Assembly (NCBI RefSeq): GCF_009914755.1
Contig: NC_060935.1
Source: the human T2T-CHM13v2.0 reference genome, Homo sapiens
DNA: 64,000 bases
Strand: one strand, 5' to 3'
Both the position numbers and the translations under genes were made by a program. A model generated the notes under the pieces. It ran no database searches. It saw nothing but the letters and a program-made list of their open reading frames with translations, and was not told the DNA's origin. Numbering within the stretch: position 1 is the stretch's first letter; every line of letters starts with the position of its first letter. This document shows, one piece after another, positions 33,879-46,670 of this stretch.

Positions 33879-34900
33879 ACAGGCAGCTTTGTGTAGAAGA
33901 GCACACGTTTCACACTCAGAAGGACCCGCAACTTGATTTATTGCTCTGTCATTGCCATCTTGAAACTTTTAATACAATTATCTTTGAATTTGTATTTTTT
34001 TCCCTGAAGTCGGATGAAGCAATAGGACATGCACGTGGGCAGAGGAGATATGCACAGTATGTGTGACCCCCTGCCCCGCTTTCTTGCTGCTTTCCTTTTC
34101 CTATGTAATTCAAGATGCTCATAAGCCCAGAATTTTACAAGACCCGCAAGTCTTTGGGCGATACCCAAAGCCAGTTCAAAGAAAATGTGTTATGTTATAC
34201 TTATGTAAGGAGTGAGGAAAGTTGCTTCAAACCCAGGAAGAAAGCAATGTCATTCAAAGAAATAAGAATGACCAAATAACCCCGTCATAGCTATTCTTAC
34301 TTACCTTCTTCTCCTGCATTAGACAATTAGTGGTGGAGAAATAATGACATAGAAAGAAAAGAGAAAGATTGGGCAAAATGTAGTTTATTTTCTTTTCAGT
34401 ACTTCTTTATTCATTAGTAAGCTGAAGGTAGACAGTATTGGCAAATGTGACTTTATCGAGAATTAAAATAAAAACAGCTTATTTAAATTTGTGCATTTCT
34501 GCTGTTCTGGTAAGAAAAAAATACATATTCATGCAGGAGCTATGAAATATCAGTTATGTAATTTCACTGATTCTGCATATAAGGCAATTGTTCTTATTTA
34601 AAACTAGTATTTGAATTTTTAACATTAAAAAATCTAAAATTAAATGTAAGGCACTTTAAACTGACATTGTACAATATAAAAGTTAATGGTAAGTTTCAGT
34701 ACTATAATTTAAAAATTTAGTTTTTCTTTAATTAGAATACAACTAAATAGAAATTTAAAAGTGAGGGGAAAGAGAGACGATAGAGAAAGAAAAACATTCC
34801 ATATTTTAATATCATTAACCACACATTTTCCTTGTTTGTGAACTCAGAGCCCTGCATTTTCATTTTGCACTGCCTCCTACAAGTTATGTAGCTAACCCTG
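33879..34900. mobile_element. hAT-Tip100 DNA transposon (Arthur1-like)
   Basis: Ends 'ctcagaaggacccgc..ttgatttattgctctg..gccatcttgaaact' and 'gccctgcattttcattttgcactg...aagttatgtagctaaccctg'. Confidence 0.6.
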
Positions 34901-35723
34901 TACAGAGTTAATGTAAAATGTAAAGGAGAGAGAAGAGAGAGGGCATTTCTCTTACATCAGCAAAGAGAGAAAGGGAGTACTATGCTGTAACCAAAAACAC
35001 TGTGAGAAAGGCTTTCTTATTACACCGTGGTTTAGAAAGTCCCTGGCTACTCTTAAATATGGGTTCTCAAATGCAGTCTTCCGGACTATCTCATAACCTC
35101 TTCTACCTCTCACTGACATTGATTGGCTTAATGGATTTCCATATCCTACTGCAGAATCCCATTCTGAATGTCATTGCTGCTTCAGTCACTGGTCTGGAGA
35201 AACACAGCCTACCCTACAATTATAAGCTATTCCCTCTACTCAACCCATTACTATCAGTTTCATGTGAATCTCTGGTTGGGGTTCTTCTGGAAGAGGGCTG
35301 ATAAATTAGCTGGAAGAAAGGAATCTAGATTTAGTATCCACTTAGCTCTCATCCTGTTATCAGGGTGAGGTTAACAAACTCAGGATATAGGTTCATTGCC
35401 CATTTGTTGTATATTATATCTAGGCCTTATCCATAATCATAATCAGTCATCTTAAATGTGTTTCTTAAATCTCAAATGTCATAAAAGGCAATGTGGAAAT
35501 AACATGAGTTTGGAGGTCTCCCATCAAATGGAATCAAGACTCTACTGCTTATTGGATAAATTAGCCACCCTCTGAATATGTTTCCTTATTAATACTCAGT
35601 TATATCAAATTTATATATTCATGTTATTTTTCTTAAAAAAGACAGAAAATTTGAATTGAAACAAATGATCAACAGTGATGGAACAATGACAATAAAAGGA
35701 AGTAGAAAAGATAATCAACTGCT

Positions 35724-36300
35724 GTGTGGATATTTGCCATTCTTTTGGCCATCCAATCTGAGTTTCAATCCAGAATTTGAATTTCTTTGTTACATCTAGG
35801 AAATCATCTAACACAAAGCCCTCTACGAAAATACAAAACATCGGATATTCACTCTCCTGGTATTCCTGAGAATAAGACAAATTAACATAACCCAGGGTCT
35901 CCCAATCACATGTATCCACCTCAAAATTTGAATAATATGCTGTTGATGAAAATAATTAAGAACTATCGAGAATCTTTTCTGCTGAGCCTGGCATCAGCAG
36001 CCCTAGCTTTATCAGGTTTCAGAAGCAAAAGTTGTGACCATTCCAAAGGTGGCATCATGGTCTACATCAGTAGAGTAAGTGCCAGCGTGCATGCCCAGTG
36101 GCAACAATAGTGGGGTCTACAATGGGGCCACACTGAACCATAATTTGGAGCTTTGTTCCTCTGCTGCATATGTTCCTACCTTGGTTCTAAGTCCTTCATA
36201 GAGATTCTGAGAGCTGCCTGATACCCTTTGAATAAATGTTCTACTTAGGTTAGCTAGAGTTGTTTCCTGTTGCTTAAACTAAAAACCCTGGCTGATGCAG
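35724..36300 (+). mobile_element. Old MaLR/ERVL-type LTR
   Basis: 3' end 'gaataaatgttctacttaggttagctagagttgtttcctgttgctt...accctggctgatgca' has the polyA signal and terminal CA. Confidence 0.55.
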
Positions 36301-36684
36301 CAGTTAATGTATATGTTCACCTATTCCAGGGGGTCTTGACAAAAATGTAGAGATGATTATTAATATATTTCTGACAGAAGACTTTAATGCTCTACTTTGG
36401 AAAGGCCAACCAAACTTTATTGATGACTACACTCTGGAAAAAAAAGATAGTTTATTTTATATCAAGTAGAAGATATAACTACTGAGTCTGAATGTGCAAA
36501 ATCATCTTTAAAGGGGTAAGGAGCCTGAGGGAAAGAGCGTCCTTTGCTTTACATCCGTATGGATTATATAAAAATCAACATAAAATATGGCATCGTTATT
36601 CCTTAAAGATGATAACAAATCTAGGGCCAAGCTCACAGAAGAGTCTTAGGAAAGATTTTTTAAACTCAACTCTCTAAAGCTGAG

Positions 36685-37602
36685 AGGAATTAAAAGGATA
36701 GTGGGATTTTAGAATGTGAATTCACCCATATCTCTTAATCTCTGCATCTAAAGCAGATTTACTCTAACAATACCAGGCTTGAACATCCTAGCCATTTCAT
36801 GGAATTTATGTAACCTTCTTTCGTGCCTCCTGCTCTGGCATTTCCTCTTCTTTCAGGATGTTTCCTGAGATTTCTTGGTCTCAGAGTATTAGTTGGCTTG
36901 GGCTGTTATAACAAAATACTTTAGTCTCGGTAATGTATAAAAACAGGATTTTATTGCTCATAATTCTGAAGGCTGGGAAGTCTAAAATGAAGTCCCTAGC
37001 ATAGTGGGTGTCTGATGAGAGCCTATTCCTCATGGGTGGCACCTTCTGTGGCAAAGGTAAAAAGGCTTCCTGAAGCCCCATTTATAAGAGCACCAATCTC
37101 ATTTATGACCCAATTCACCCTCATGACTTAATTACCTCCTAAAGTTTCCACCTCTTAATTGTACCACAATTGGGATGAAGTTTCAACATCAGTTGTGGAG
37201 GGGACACAGTAATTCAGATTATACCACAGAGTATATGAAAATATCCTTGGCATATTCTTGGTATCACATTTTGCAAAACAATAAGGCTGATTTGGCTGAT
37301 TATCTTAGAAAATAAGTCAGAAAATGACATATTCGGAGCTATCAGTCCTTATAAGTCCCTTCCTAACACAAGATGATGTGTGTAGCATGAAACTTGGGCA
37401 AAAAGGAATAGAAAGGATTGTGGGATTTTAAAAATGAGCCCACCCATAGCTCTTAATCTGGGCTTTTAAGGCAGATTGATTCTAAAAACACTAGCTGTGA
37501 GCACCCTAGCCATTTCATGACATTTGTTTAACCTTCTTTCTTGACCCTTGTTCTGGTTCTGCTCCTCTTTTGGGAGGAGCAGATTCTCTGAGATTCTTTG
37601 GT
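36685..37602 (+). repeat. Diverged ~195-bp direct duplication (36685-36879 and 37404-37602)
   Basis: Collinear shared blocks: aaaggat.gtgggatttta, cacccata.ctcttaatct, gcagatt, cctagccatttcatg, taaccttctttc, ctgagatt..ttggt. Confidence 0.88.
36885..37228 (-). mobile_element. MLT1A/MST-type MaLR LTR
   Basis: 'gggctgttataacaaaatac...ggctgggaagtctaa...ccctcatgacttaattacctcctaaag...tttcaacat...attcagattatacca'. Confidence 0.8.
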
Positions 37603-37849
37603 TTGCCTCTTCTTCATAGGCTCAAGTGTACCCTTTGCACTTTAAGTAAGACATAGTTTTCCCTCTGCTTACAGTTTTGAAATTTCTATGATTTAAAATG
37701 ACACTTACTTTCCAATAATGTTTTTCTGACTTTTGCACTTTAGATTTTCACTTAGTCCTCACTCAGCACTTTCTGACTAAGCTACTTACCAATCCACAGC
37801 CAATTCCCCTTTCCTTTGCAAAGTACTAGGAGGGAGGGAACGAGATCCC

Positions 37850-38300
37850 ATACTTAGCAGCAAAAAGCATTCAGCTACAAGGAATACAATCTCCAACTAA
37901 AATAGGCCTGAAAAATAGATGCTATATTATTGAATGTGAAATCTGTATGCAGAATGTTTCAGACTTTGTGCACTCAACTAACAGTATCAGGAATAAACTA
38001 GATACATCACATCATATCTATCCACAGTGTGGAAAGAAGGTTGGCAATATCTCTTCTCATAATTCCAATATTTCTGTCCTATCTCTAGGCATTACAGCCT
38101 CACAAGGACAGGATCTCAAATAGGAAATAAGAGAACAGGGATTAAATGGACTTCTCTTTGTATGACTCTCCATTGCAAACAGGAAAGGAAATCTTTCTTA
38201 GATCTCTTAAAAAGATGTTCCTTCATCTCACTTTGTGTCCCACCCCCTCTAGAAAAATCACTAGTAAATGCCGTGGGACTGACCTCATGGGACTCAAATG
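37850..38300 (-). mobile_element. Old MLT1 (J/K/L-like) LTR fragment
   Basis: 'gcattcagctacaaggaatac...aactaaaataggc' start plus internal MLT1-like motifs. Confidence 0.4.
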
Positions 38301-39663
38301 AGATATGTATTCATTTAGCAAGAAAAACAATGCTGATTAAAAAAAAAAAAGAAAAGAAAAAGAAAAAAGAAAAAGACAGTGCTGATTATCTTTTGGATAG
38401 GTGGCATGACTTCTTTAAGGTTGAGAGAAACAAATTCTTCCCAAAACAGTGCCAGAAATAATGATAAAAGTTTAGGAACATAATTGAAATTTCAGAAAAT
38501 AGGTTATATTTATTGTGACTAATGACGTAAATTGTAATGATTCAATCTTGAAGTTAGAGCTCTTTAACATCTGGGATGAATGTCTTTGTTCCTGCTTCTT
38601 TTCATCATATTCAGTCCATAATATGAGGCAGGGGTTATCACAGCAGCAGCAGAGCTGAGACATCCACATGAAGGAGATGAATCATGTCAGTGTATTTTTC
38701 TTCAGGCTCTTGGATCATGGCGGGTGAAGGGGGTGGGCACACATGTGGAGACGAATGAGCCAAAGGCAAACACAAACCTTGCTTTTTCTGGGCCACCCTG
38801 CACTGATGAGCCTGTGGAGATGTGGCCCACAGTAATAAATGTTAAAGAAGAAGAAAGAGAGATTCTGCTGAAAACTATTCTGACTGAGACATGGAAAGTG
38901 CTGCTGACTTGTTGGGATATCTGCTAAAATAGATGGCTTGAGGATAACATCTAAAATGGAATTTACCACAGTACAGGAAGTCCTCAGTCAATACCAATGC
39001 CCATAACATAGTTTGTAATTAATTACCTGTGCAAATGGGATTGGTTGGACAGAAGCAATTCCTACCCAGTGGAAACTTCTTTGTGATCTTTTACTCTTCT
39101 GGCATATTATCTGTTCCAAGAAATAATCTTAAACTTGAGTCACCAACCTTATTTTATCTTTAATAAATACATTTGAAAAAAGTCAATGTAAAATTAACCA
39201 GGAATGTTAGCAGCAATCGATTTTTAGAGTATATCTGTAGCAGTATTAATAAAACACAAGAAAATCTTTCATTGACATTTTATTTTCTTGACTGGGTGAA
39301 ATGGCTAATAATAATATTGATCATTTTTTAACCTTGTGCTAAGGACTTTATCTCCCATGCATTACCTTTAATTTCATAAATAACTGAACTGAGGCTTATT
39401 TTACTAGGGCTATGCTACTAGTGAGCGAGAGAGCTGGTCTTCAAATTCTAATCTGTTTTATTTATAATAGAGTACTTTAGAGAATACGATCCTCTCATAC
39501 CTATTACACTATGGGACAATAAGAGATAGATTTTTTTTCAGGATTACAGGCATACTAAGGAAGAAGAAAACCGGTATAATGATAGAGTTACTACCCCTGT
39601 CCCAAATGAAGGGCAAAGAAAGAACTGGGCTCAAGGCTAGTCAAATATTTCCTCCATAGCAGG

Positions 39664-40098
39664 TGTATTTGTCAGAGTTCTGCAGAGAAAAACGGAATCA
39701 CTGGGATCTGTGTATCTACCTACATAGACAGAAAGAGATAGATTTTAGGGGATTGGCTCCTGTGATGTGGAGGCTGGCAAATCCAAAATCTACAAGTCAG
39801 GTGGATAGACTGGAGACCCGTGAGGAGTTGATGCTGCAGCTCCAGTCTGAAGGCAGTCTAGAGGCAGAAATTTTTCTTTCTCAGGGACCTCAGTCTTTTT
39901 CACTGAAGGCCTTCAATTGATTGGTTGAGGCCTACATACATTATGGAAGGAAATGTACTTTTCTTAAAGTCCAAGATTTAAATGTTTATCATATTTTCAA
40001 AACTACCTTCACAGTAACATCTAGAAGTGTTTGCCCAAAAATTGGTTACCATGAGTACCATAACCTAGACAAACTGACACATAAAATTAACCATCATA
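39664..40098 (-). mobile_element. MLT2 (ERVL) solo LTR
   Basis: 'tgtatttgtcagagttctgcagaga'...'aactgacacataaaattaaccatcata' with perfect 5-bp TSD gcagg (39659-39663 and 40099-40103). Confidence 0.9.
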
Positions 40099-41326
40099 GC
40101 AGGAAAGTGGCAACCGAGAAATGCTACACAGAACAATGGGAAACTATAAACCAAATAAAAGTAAATTATCACCTAATATTTTATTTTGCTACTAAGTCTT
40201 AATATTGGCTAACTTCACAATACTAATCCTTATCATTACATGGAGTAATGTAATGTCCCTCAATCAAGTTAATGCATGAAAATATCTCAGGAGTATCTTT
40301 TTAGTCATCACGTATCTATTAAACATCGAATATATTCCATGCAATGTTCAAGCACATAGGCCAAAAAGAGAAAAGAAACAGTCTCTGTCCTTGAGAGACT
40401 TACAGTGTGATGAGGGGTGTAGGGAAACAGAATGCTTGCATCGAAACAATTAGATTTTTGTTTTATTACTAGCTCAAATGTCAGTGTCAGTGTTATCACA
40501 ATATTTCTTAGAGCTGGGAAAGTCAGCCTTGTCTGATACGTTGATAAAGGTAAGCATTACACTTCCAAGAACAAGTCTTCTGGTCATAGATAATTTTTTA
40601 GCACAAATAGGAATATTATCAAAGTTTTCAGATAAAAAATGACAACTTGTTGGAATTGCAGTACGTGTACATTAGGTGTAAAGGAACTATATAATGCACT
40701 GATTTAAGAAATAATTTCAATGGAAGTTATTATACTAATTAAGGATTTACATTAAACTTTTTAATATTAAAATTTCACTTAGGTACTACTAAAGAGAATA
40801 TGAACAGGGCCCGGTGTAGTGAATTAAAGTTGGTTGGCTGTTTCCATGGTCAGTGGGAAAGCAGGTACTTTTGTTTCAGACCTGAGTTCAAGAATCTGTT
40901 GTCATTACCAGTTGTGACCTCAGGAAAGGTACTTACACTGCAGAGCCTTACTTTGTTTTTCTTGGTAATAATATTAATTGTTTTTTAGATTTATAAAGAT
41001 TAAATGTTGTCACACATTTGGAAGTTCCAAGCAGCACCTGAGAGTAGCAGCCTCTCTTTAAGGACTATTTCCTTATTTGTATTAGATTCAAAACTTATGA
41101 TAACATCACCTTATGACTTTATGAGACTCTCTGTTGTATTTTGCATCACTCATATCAATTATTTTTGTATATAAATTTCTAATGTCTTATGAAATAATAT
41201 TGTTTTTACTCTCCATCTGCATAATTGCTGCTGACACACAGAGACACAGGCACGTGCATGTGCATATACACTCACATACATCCCTCCCAGTAAAATATGG
41301 CATGCAATTCTACATTATGAAATTAT

Positions 41327-41648
41327 CGCCTGGGCGCGGTGGCTCATGCCTGTAATCCCAGCATTTTGGGAGGCTGAGGTGGGTGGGTCACCTGAGTTCA
41401 GGAGTTTGAGACTAGCCTTGCCAACATGGTGAAACCCCGTCTCCACTAAAAATACAAAAAATTAGCTGGGCATGATGGTGCACGCCTATAATCCTAGCTA
41501 CTTGGAAGGTTGAGTCATCAGAATCAGTTGAACCCGGGAGGCAGAAGTTGCAGTGAGCCGAGATCACGCCACTGCACTCCCGCCTGGGGGACAGAACAAG
41601 ACTCTGTCTCAAGAAAGAAAAAAAAAATAGAAGGAAAAAAAAAGAAAG
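41327..41648 (+). mobile_element. AluSx-like
   Basis: Full dimeric Alu with an A-rich tail. Confidence 0.92.
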
Positions 41649-42681
41649 ACATGATCATGGTTAGAGATGCCTTCAATGATATCTTGCTCTAACTGAAAGT
41701 TGTCTCACATTATGCAAAAGGCAAATTATGATTGAAATACACACTTTGTACAGGAATAACTAGTAGGCCTATATTAAAAAAAAAGATGCTATTGAAAATA
41801 CCAGACTAAGAAGATAAAGAGAACAAAAGTAGACATGAATTGTGAGCCTCACCTTTGTTCTAGTCACTCTCTAGCTATTCAATTTCTCCAGCTAATGAAC
41901 TAAAGAAGACATTTACATCAGTACGAGATGTGATTGGAGAACATTATGTCACCTGAAGCTGTGCAGAGATGGTATTTGGTTCCTTCTGGAAAGCAGAGAT
42001 TAAACATTGATAAATATAAACACTGTATAAACATGCAGAGAGAGTGAAAGATCAAATATCAAACTGGGGACTTTTCCAGCATACAACATAAAACTTTAGA
42101 AATGAACAAGCTCTATTAACCAACTTTCTCTTTTTAAAAATACAATAACTGAAAGTCAGAGAATTTGAGTTATTTCTAAAATCAACCTGTTTGCAGAGCT
42201 AAAAGCTTAATCCCATGTCTTTAAATCTGCTGTCCATTTTATTAACTATTAATAATGAAATTACAACTTAGCTTTTAGAAGAAATATGAACATAAGCAGT
42301 TTCGGAGGTAGAAACTGAAAAATGTAAAAGGAAGCATGTTTTTTCATATGTACAGTACATTTTTGTGATTTCTTACTTTTTTTGTTGATACATGGACAAA
42401 AATCTCCAATATGTAGGAATTAAGAGTCTCTTTAATTTTATGACACTGAAACACTAGTAATGTTGATAAATAAAAGGTTAAATTAGATGCACTTTTTGAG
42501 CCTCCAGATTGGAAATTTCCCAAGCAAATGTATATATCGTGAAAGTATCTTTTCATTATTGTAGTGTGTATTGATGCACAGATAATTTTTGATCATGTTT
42601 TAATTTTATGTATATAATTTGTTACCTTTAATTATAAAATATTGTCATCAAAATAATATATTCAATATATTAAGAAAACAA

Positions 42682-43350
<669 letters not shown>

Positions 43351-43477
43351 TTCCTCTGCAGGGATATGTTACATGATACTAAAATGTAACTTGGTAACAG
43401 CAACACTCATGATATATTTGCCAGCCAGAAGAAAAACATTTTATAAGTAATATTTTCTCTATGAAAGCTAAATAAAA

Positions 43478-44245
43478 GTCTCCAGTGTCTACTATTTCCA
43501 TCTTTGTTTCCATGTTTACTCATTGTTTAGCTCCCACTTATAAGTAAATATATGCGGTATTTGGTTTTCTGCTTCTGAGTTAGTTCACTTAGGATGATTG
43601 CCTCCAGCTCCATTCATGCTGCTGCAAAAGACATGATCTCATTCTCTTTTATGGCTGTGTAGTATTTCATGGTGTATATATACCATATTTTTTAATCCAG
43701 TCAAACATTCACGAATACTTAACTTGATCCCATGACTTTGCTATTGTGAGTAGTGCTGCAATGAATGCACAATTGTGGGTGTCTTTTTTTTTTTGCAGGT
43801 GTCTTTTTAATATAATGATTTCTTTTTCTTTGGGTGGATACCTAGTAGGGAGGTTGCTGAGTTAAATGGTAGTTATATTTTTGGTTCTTCGAGAAATTTC
43901 CATACTCTTTTCCATAGAGGTTGAACTAGTTTACATACCAATCAACAATATATAAGTATTTCCTTTTCCCCATATCCATACGAGTATCTGCTGTTTTTTG
44001 ACTTTTTAGTAATAGCCATTCTGACTGCAGCAAGACAATATCTCATTGTGGTTTTAATATCCATTTATCTGATGATTACTGATGTTGAGCATTTTTCATG
44101 TGCTTCTTGGCCACTTATATTTCTTCTTTTGAGAAATATCTGTTTATGTCCTTTGTCCGGTTTTTAATGGGAATATTTTTTCTTGTTGGATTGTTTGAGT
44201 TCTTTGTAGATTTGGTATAGTATTCTTTTGTCAGAGGCATAATTA
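43478..44245 (-). mobile_element. L1PA15-16/L1PB fragment (ORF2 end and 3'UTR), extreme 3' end absent
   Basis: 'gtttagctcccacttataagt...gcctccagctccattcatgctgctgcaaaagacatgat...cttttgtcagaggcata'. Confidence 0.85.
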
Positions 44246-45522
44246 TTTTTATGATGACACCACAAGTGTGGGCAGGAAAAGTAAAAACAACAACAACAAC
44301 AACAAAATTAAAAACAAAACCAGAAACAAGTAAGACTACATCAAATTAAAAATTTTCATACCACAAAGGAAAGAGTAAACAAGATGAAAAGGCTACCTAA
44401 GAAATGAGAGATGCTATTTGCAAAGCATATATTCTATATCTGTTAAGGGGTTAAATCCCAAATATATAGGGAATTCATAAAACTTAATAGCAAACAAAGC
44501 CAATAACCAGAATAAAAAATGAGCAAAGGATCTCAATAGACATTTTTTCCAAGGAAGATTTTAAAATGGCCAGTAGATGTATTTAAAGGTACTCAACATC
44601 ACCAAACATCAGGAAAATGAAAATCAAAACCACAACATGCATAGATATCACTCACACCTGTTATTATGGCTGTTATCAAAAAGAAAAGAGATAACAAATA
44701 TCGGTGAGGGTATGGAGAAAAGAGATATCCAGTATGCTTTTGGTGGGAATGTAAATTGTTACAACCTTTACAGAAAATAGTTGGCAGGTTTCTTTAAAAA
44801 ACTAAAAATAGAACTATTGTGCGATCCAGGAATCCCATTACTTGGTATATAGACAAAGAAAGAAATCATGATCTCAAGATATATCTGAACTCCGATGTTC
44901 AATCTGGCATTATTTACAATACCCAAGATATGAAAACAATGTTAAGCGTCTGTTAACAGACAAATGAATAAAGGATTGCTTATTCTTACACAAAGAAATA
45001 CTACTTTGTCTTAAAAACTAAAGGGAATTCTGTCACTTGTGACAAGATGAATGAGCCTGGGGGACATAACATGTTATATTAAATGAAACAAAACAAACAC
45101 AGAAAGACAAATACTGTATACTCTGACTGATATAAAGAATCTTAAAAAGTTCAACTCAAAGAAACAGAGAGTAGAATGATGATCGCCAGGAACTGGAGGT
45201 GGAGGAAATGGGGTGATATTGAACAAAGAGTACAAACATTCTGTTGTAAGAGGAATAAGTTCTGGGGATTTAACTTGCAGCATGGTGATTATAACAAATA
45301 ATACTATATTGCCTACTTGAAGTTTGCTAAGAGAGTAGCTCATAAGTGTTCTCGCCACACACACACACACACACACAAACTATGTGAAGTGCTGGGTGTG
45401 TTAATCAACTTGATTTTGGTAATCATTTCACAATGTCCACATGTATCAAATTATCACATTGTATACCTTTGATATATACAATATTTATTTGTCAGTTATG
45501 CCTCAATAAAGCTGAAAAATAA
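44246..45522 (+). mobile_element. L1MA (MA8/9-like) 3' fragment
   Basis: ORF2 end, then L1MA 3'UTR 'aggaataagttctgggga...ggtaatcatttcacaatg...cctcaataaagctgaaaa'. Confidence 0.85.
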
Positions 45523-46670
45523 GTAACCAGAAAACAATAACAACAATAACAGCAACAAAACAAAAAGGATGAATGATACCAAAGAATTTGAAATTGAAAC
45601 ACAAAAGTATGAATATCTGCTGGCAGCAAGCAGGGCTAAGATCCAGGGAGAAGATTTTGTAAATGCTTTCCAAATTTGGAAATGTTCTCTTTAGTTTCAT
45701 GTGATTGGGGTCAGAAATTATATTTCTTCTAAACATTAGAATAATTTTATTTTATCACATGCATACTGTACATGCATACTGTACATGCATAGAAAGTGAA
45801 GACAAGAATTGAAGCAATTTCCAGATGATTGATCCAAAAAAGTTTCTTCCTGAAAACAATTAGGCATTTCAAAGATTGTTATGCATGAATAGTCACTTAC
45901 AAACTTCACTCTTTATTTGTGTGATGCTACACTAACTAAATTCCATTCTCACTTTTGCTCTACTTCGCAATAACACACCCTATATTCTGATTGCCTTTTA
46001 GGTGTCAGGCACCATTACTGGAGTAAGGAATAAGCAATAATGAAGAAGGCAGAATCATCAACTGCCATTGCCCAAAACCAAGGAGATACTGCCTTACCTG
46101 GGTTTCACTGGAACTAGAAAGTTTTATCCTCAGTTTACCTAAACATTAATAAAGGATAATCTATAGTTAGATTTTGAAGCTTGAAATATAAGCCTCATAG
46201 GCAAGCCACTAATTTGGCCTTCCTTAAAATTAAATTTTTGAAAATGTGTATATGGTTTATAAGCAAAGGGCACCCTGTGTTGGGATGGTAGAGGGCATAT
46301 GCTCCAGTGGAATCCCATTGCAGGCAGAACTTAAGCTACTCTTCTCTTGTCCTGAGTAATTCACCTCAGACTTCAAAATTGAAGGCCAAGAACTTATTAT
46401 TTTTTCAAAAAGTTTCAATTAACTAGGCTGGCCCTCTTTGCTTTTCTTAATAATGTAAAAGTCTTTGTACATCTTGTTTAATTATCATTGTGTGAGATTG
46501 GTTCAGACTAACTATGGTTTATGCATTGTTGAAATTTGCCATTTGATATTGGAATACATTCTTAAATAAATGTGGTTATGTTATTCATTTTAATGGGCAT
46601 TTCTAGCTTTACGTTTTTGGGAATTACTTTTTACTTGCTGTTTATTTTATGTTTATTTTAGACTACGGAA

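Noticed and set aside
38692-38930. Possible exon (ttttttcttcag acceptor, 67-aa ORF, nearby AATAAA)
   Set aside because: Such motifs are common by chance in AT-rich DNA; no recognisable protein similarity or partner exons
43478-45522. A second twin-primed L1
   Set aside because: The two segments overlap in L1 coordinates, look like different subfamilies and share no TSD
45758-45790. Short tandem repeats (acatgcatactgt x2.5; similar ones near 19972, 26750 and 59581)
   Set aside because: Ordinary slippage micro-duplications at the expected background frequency
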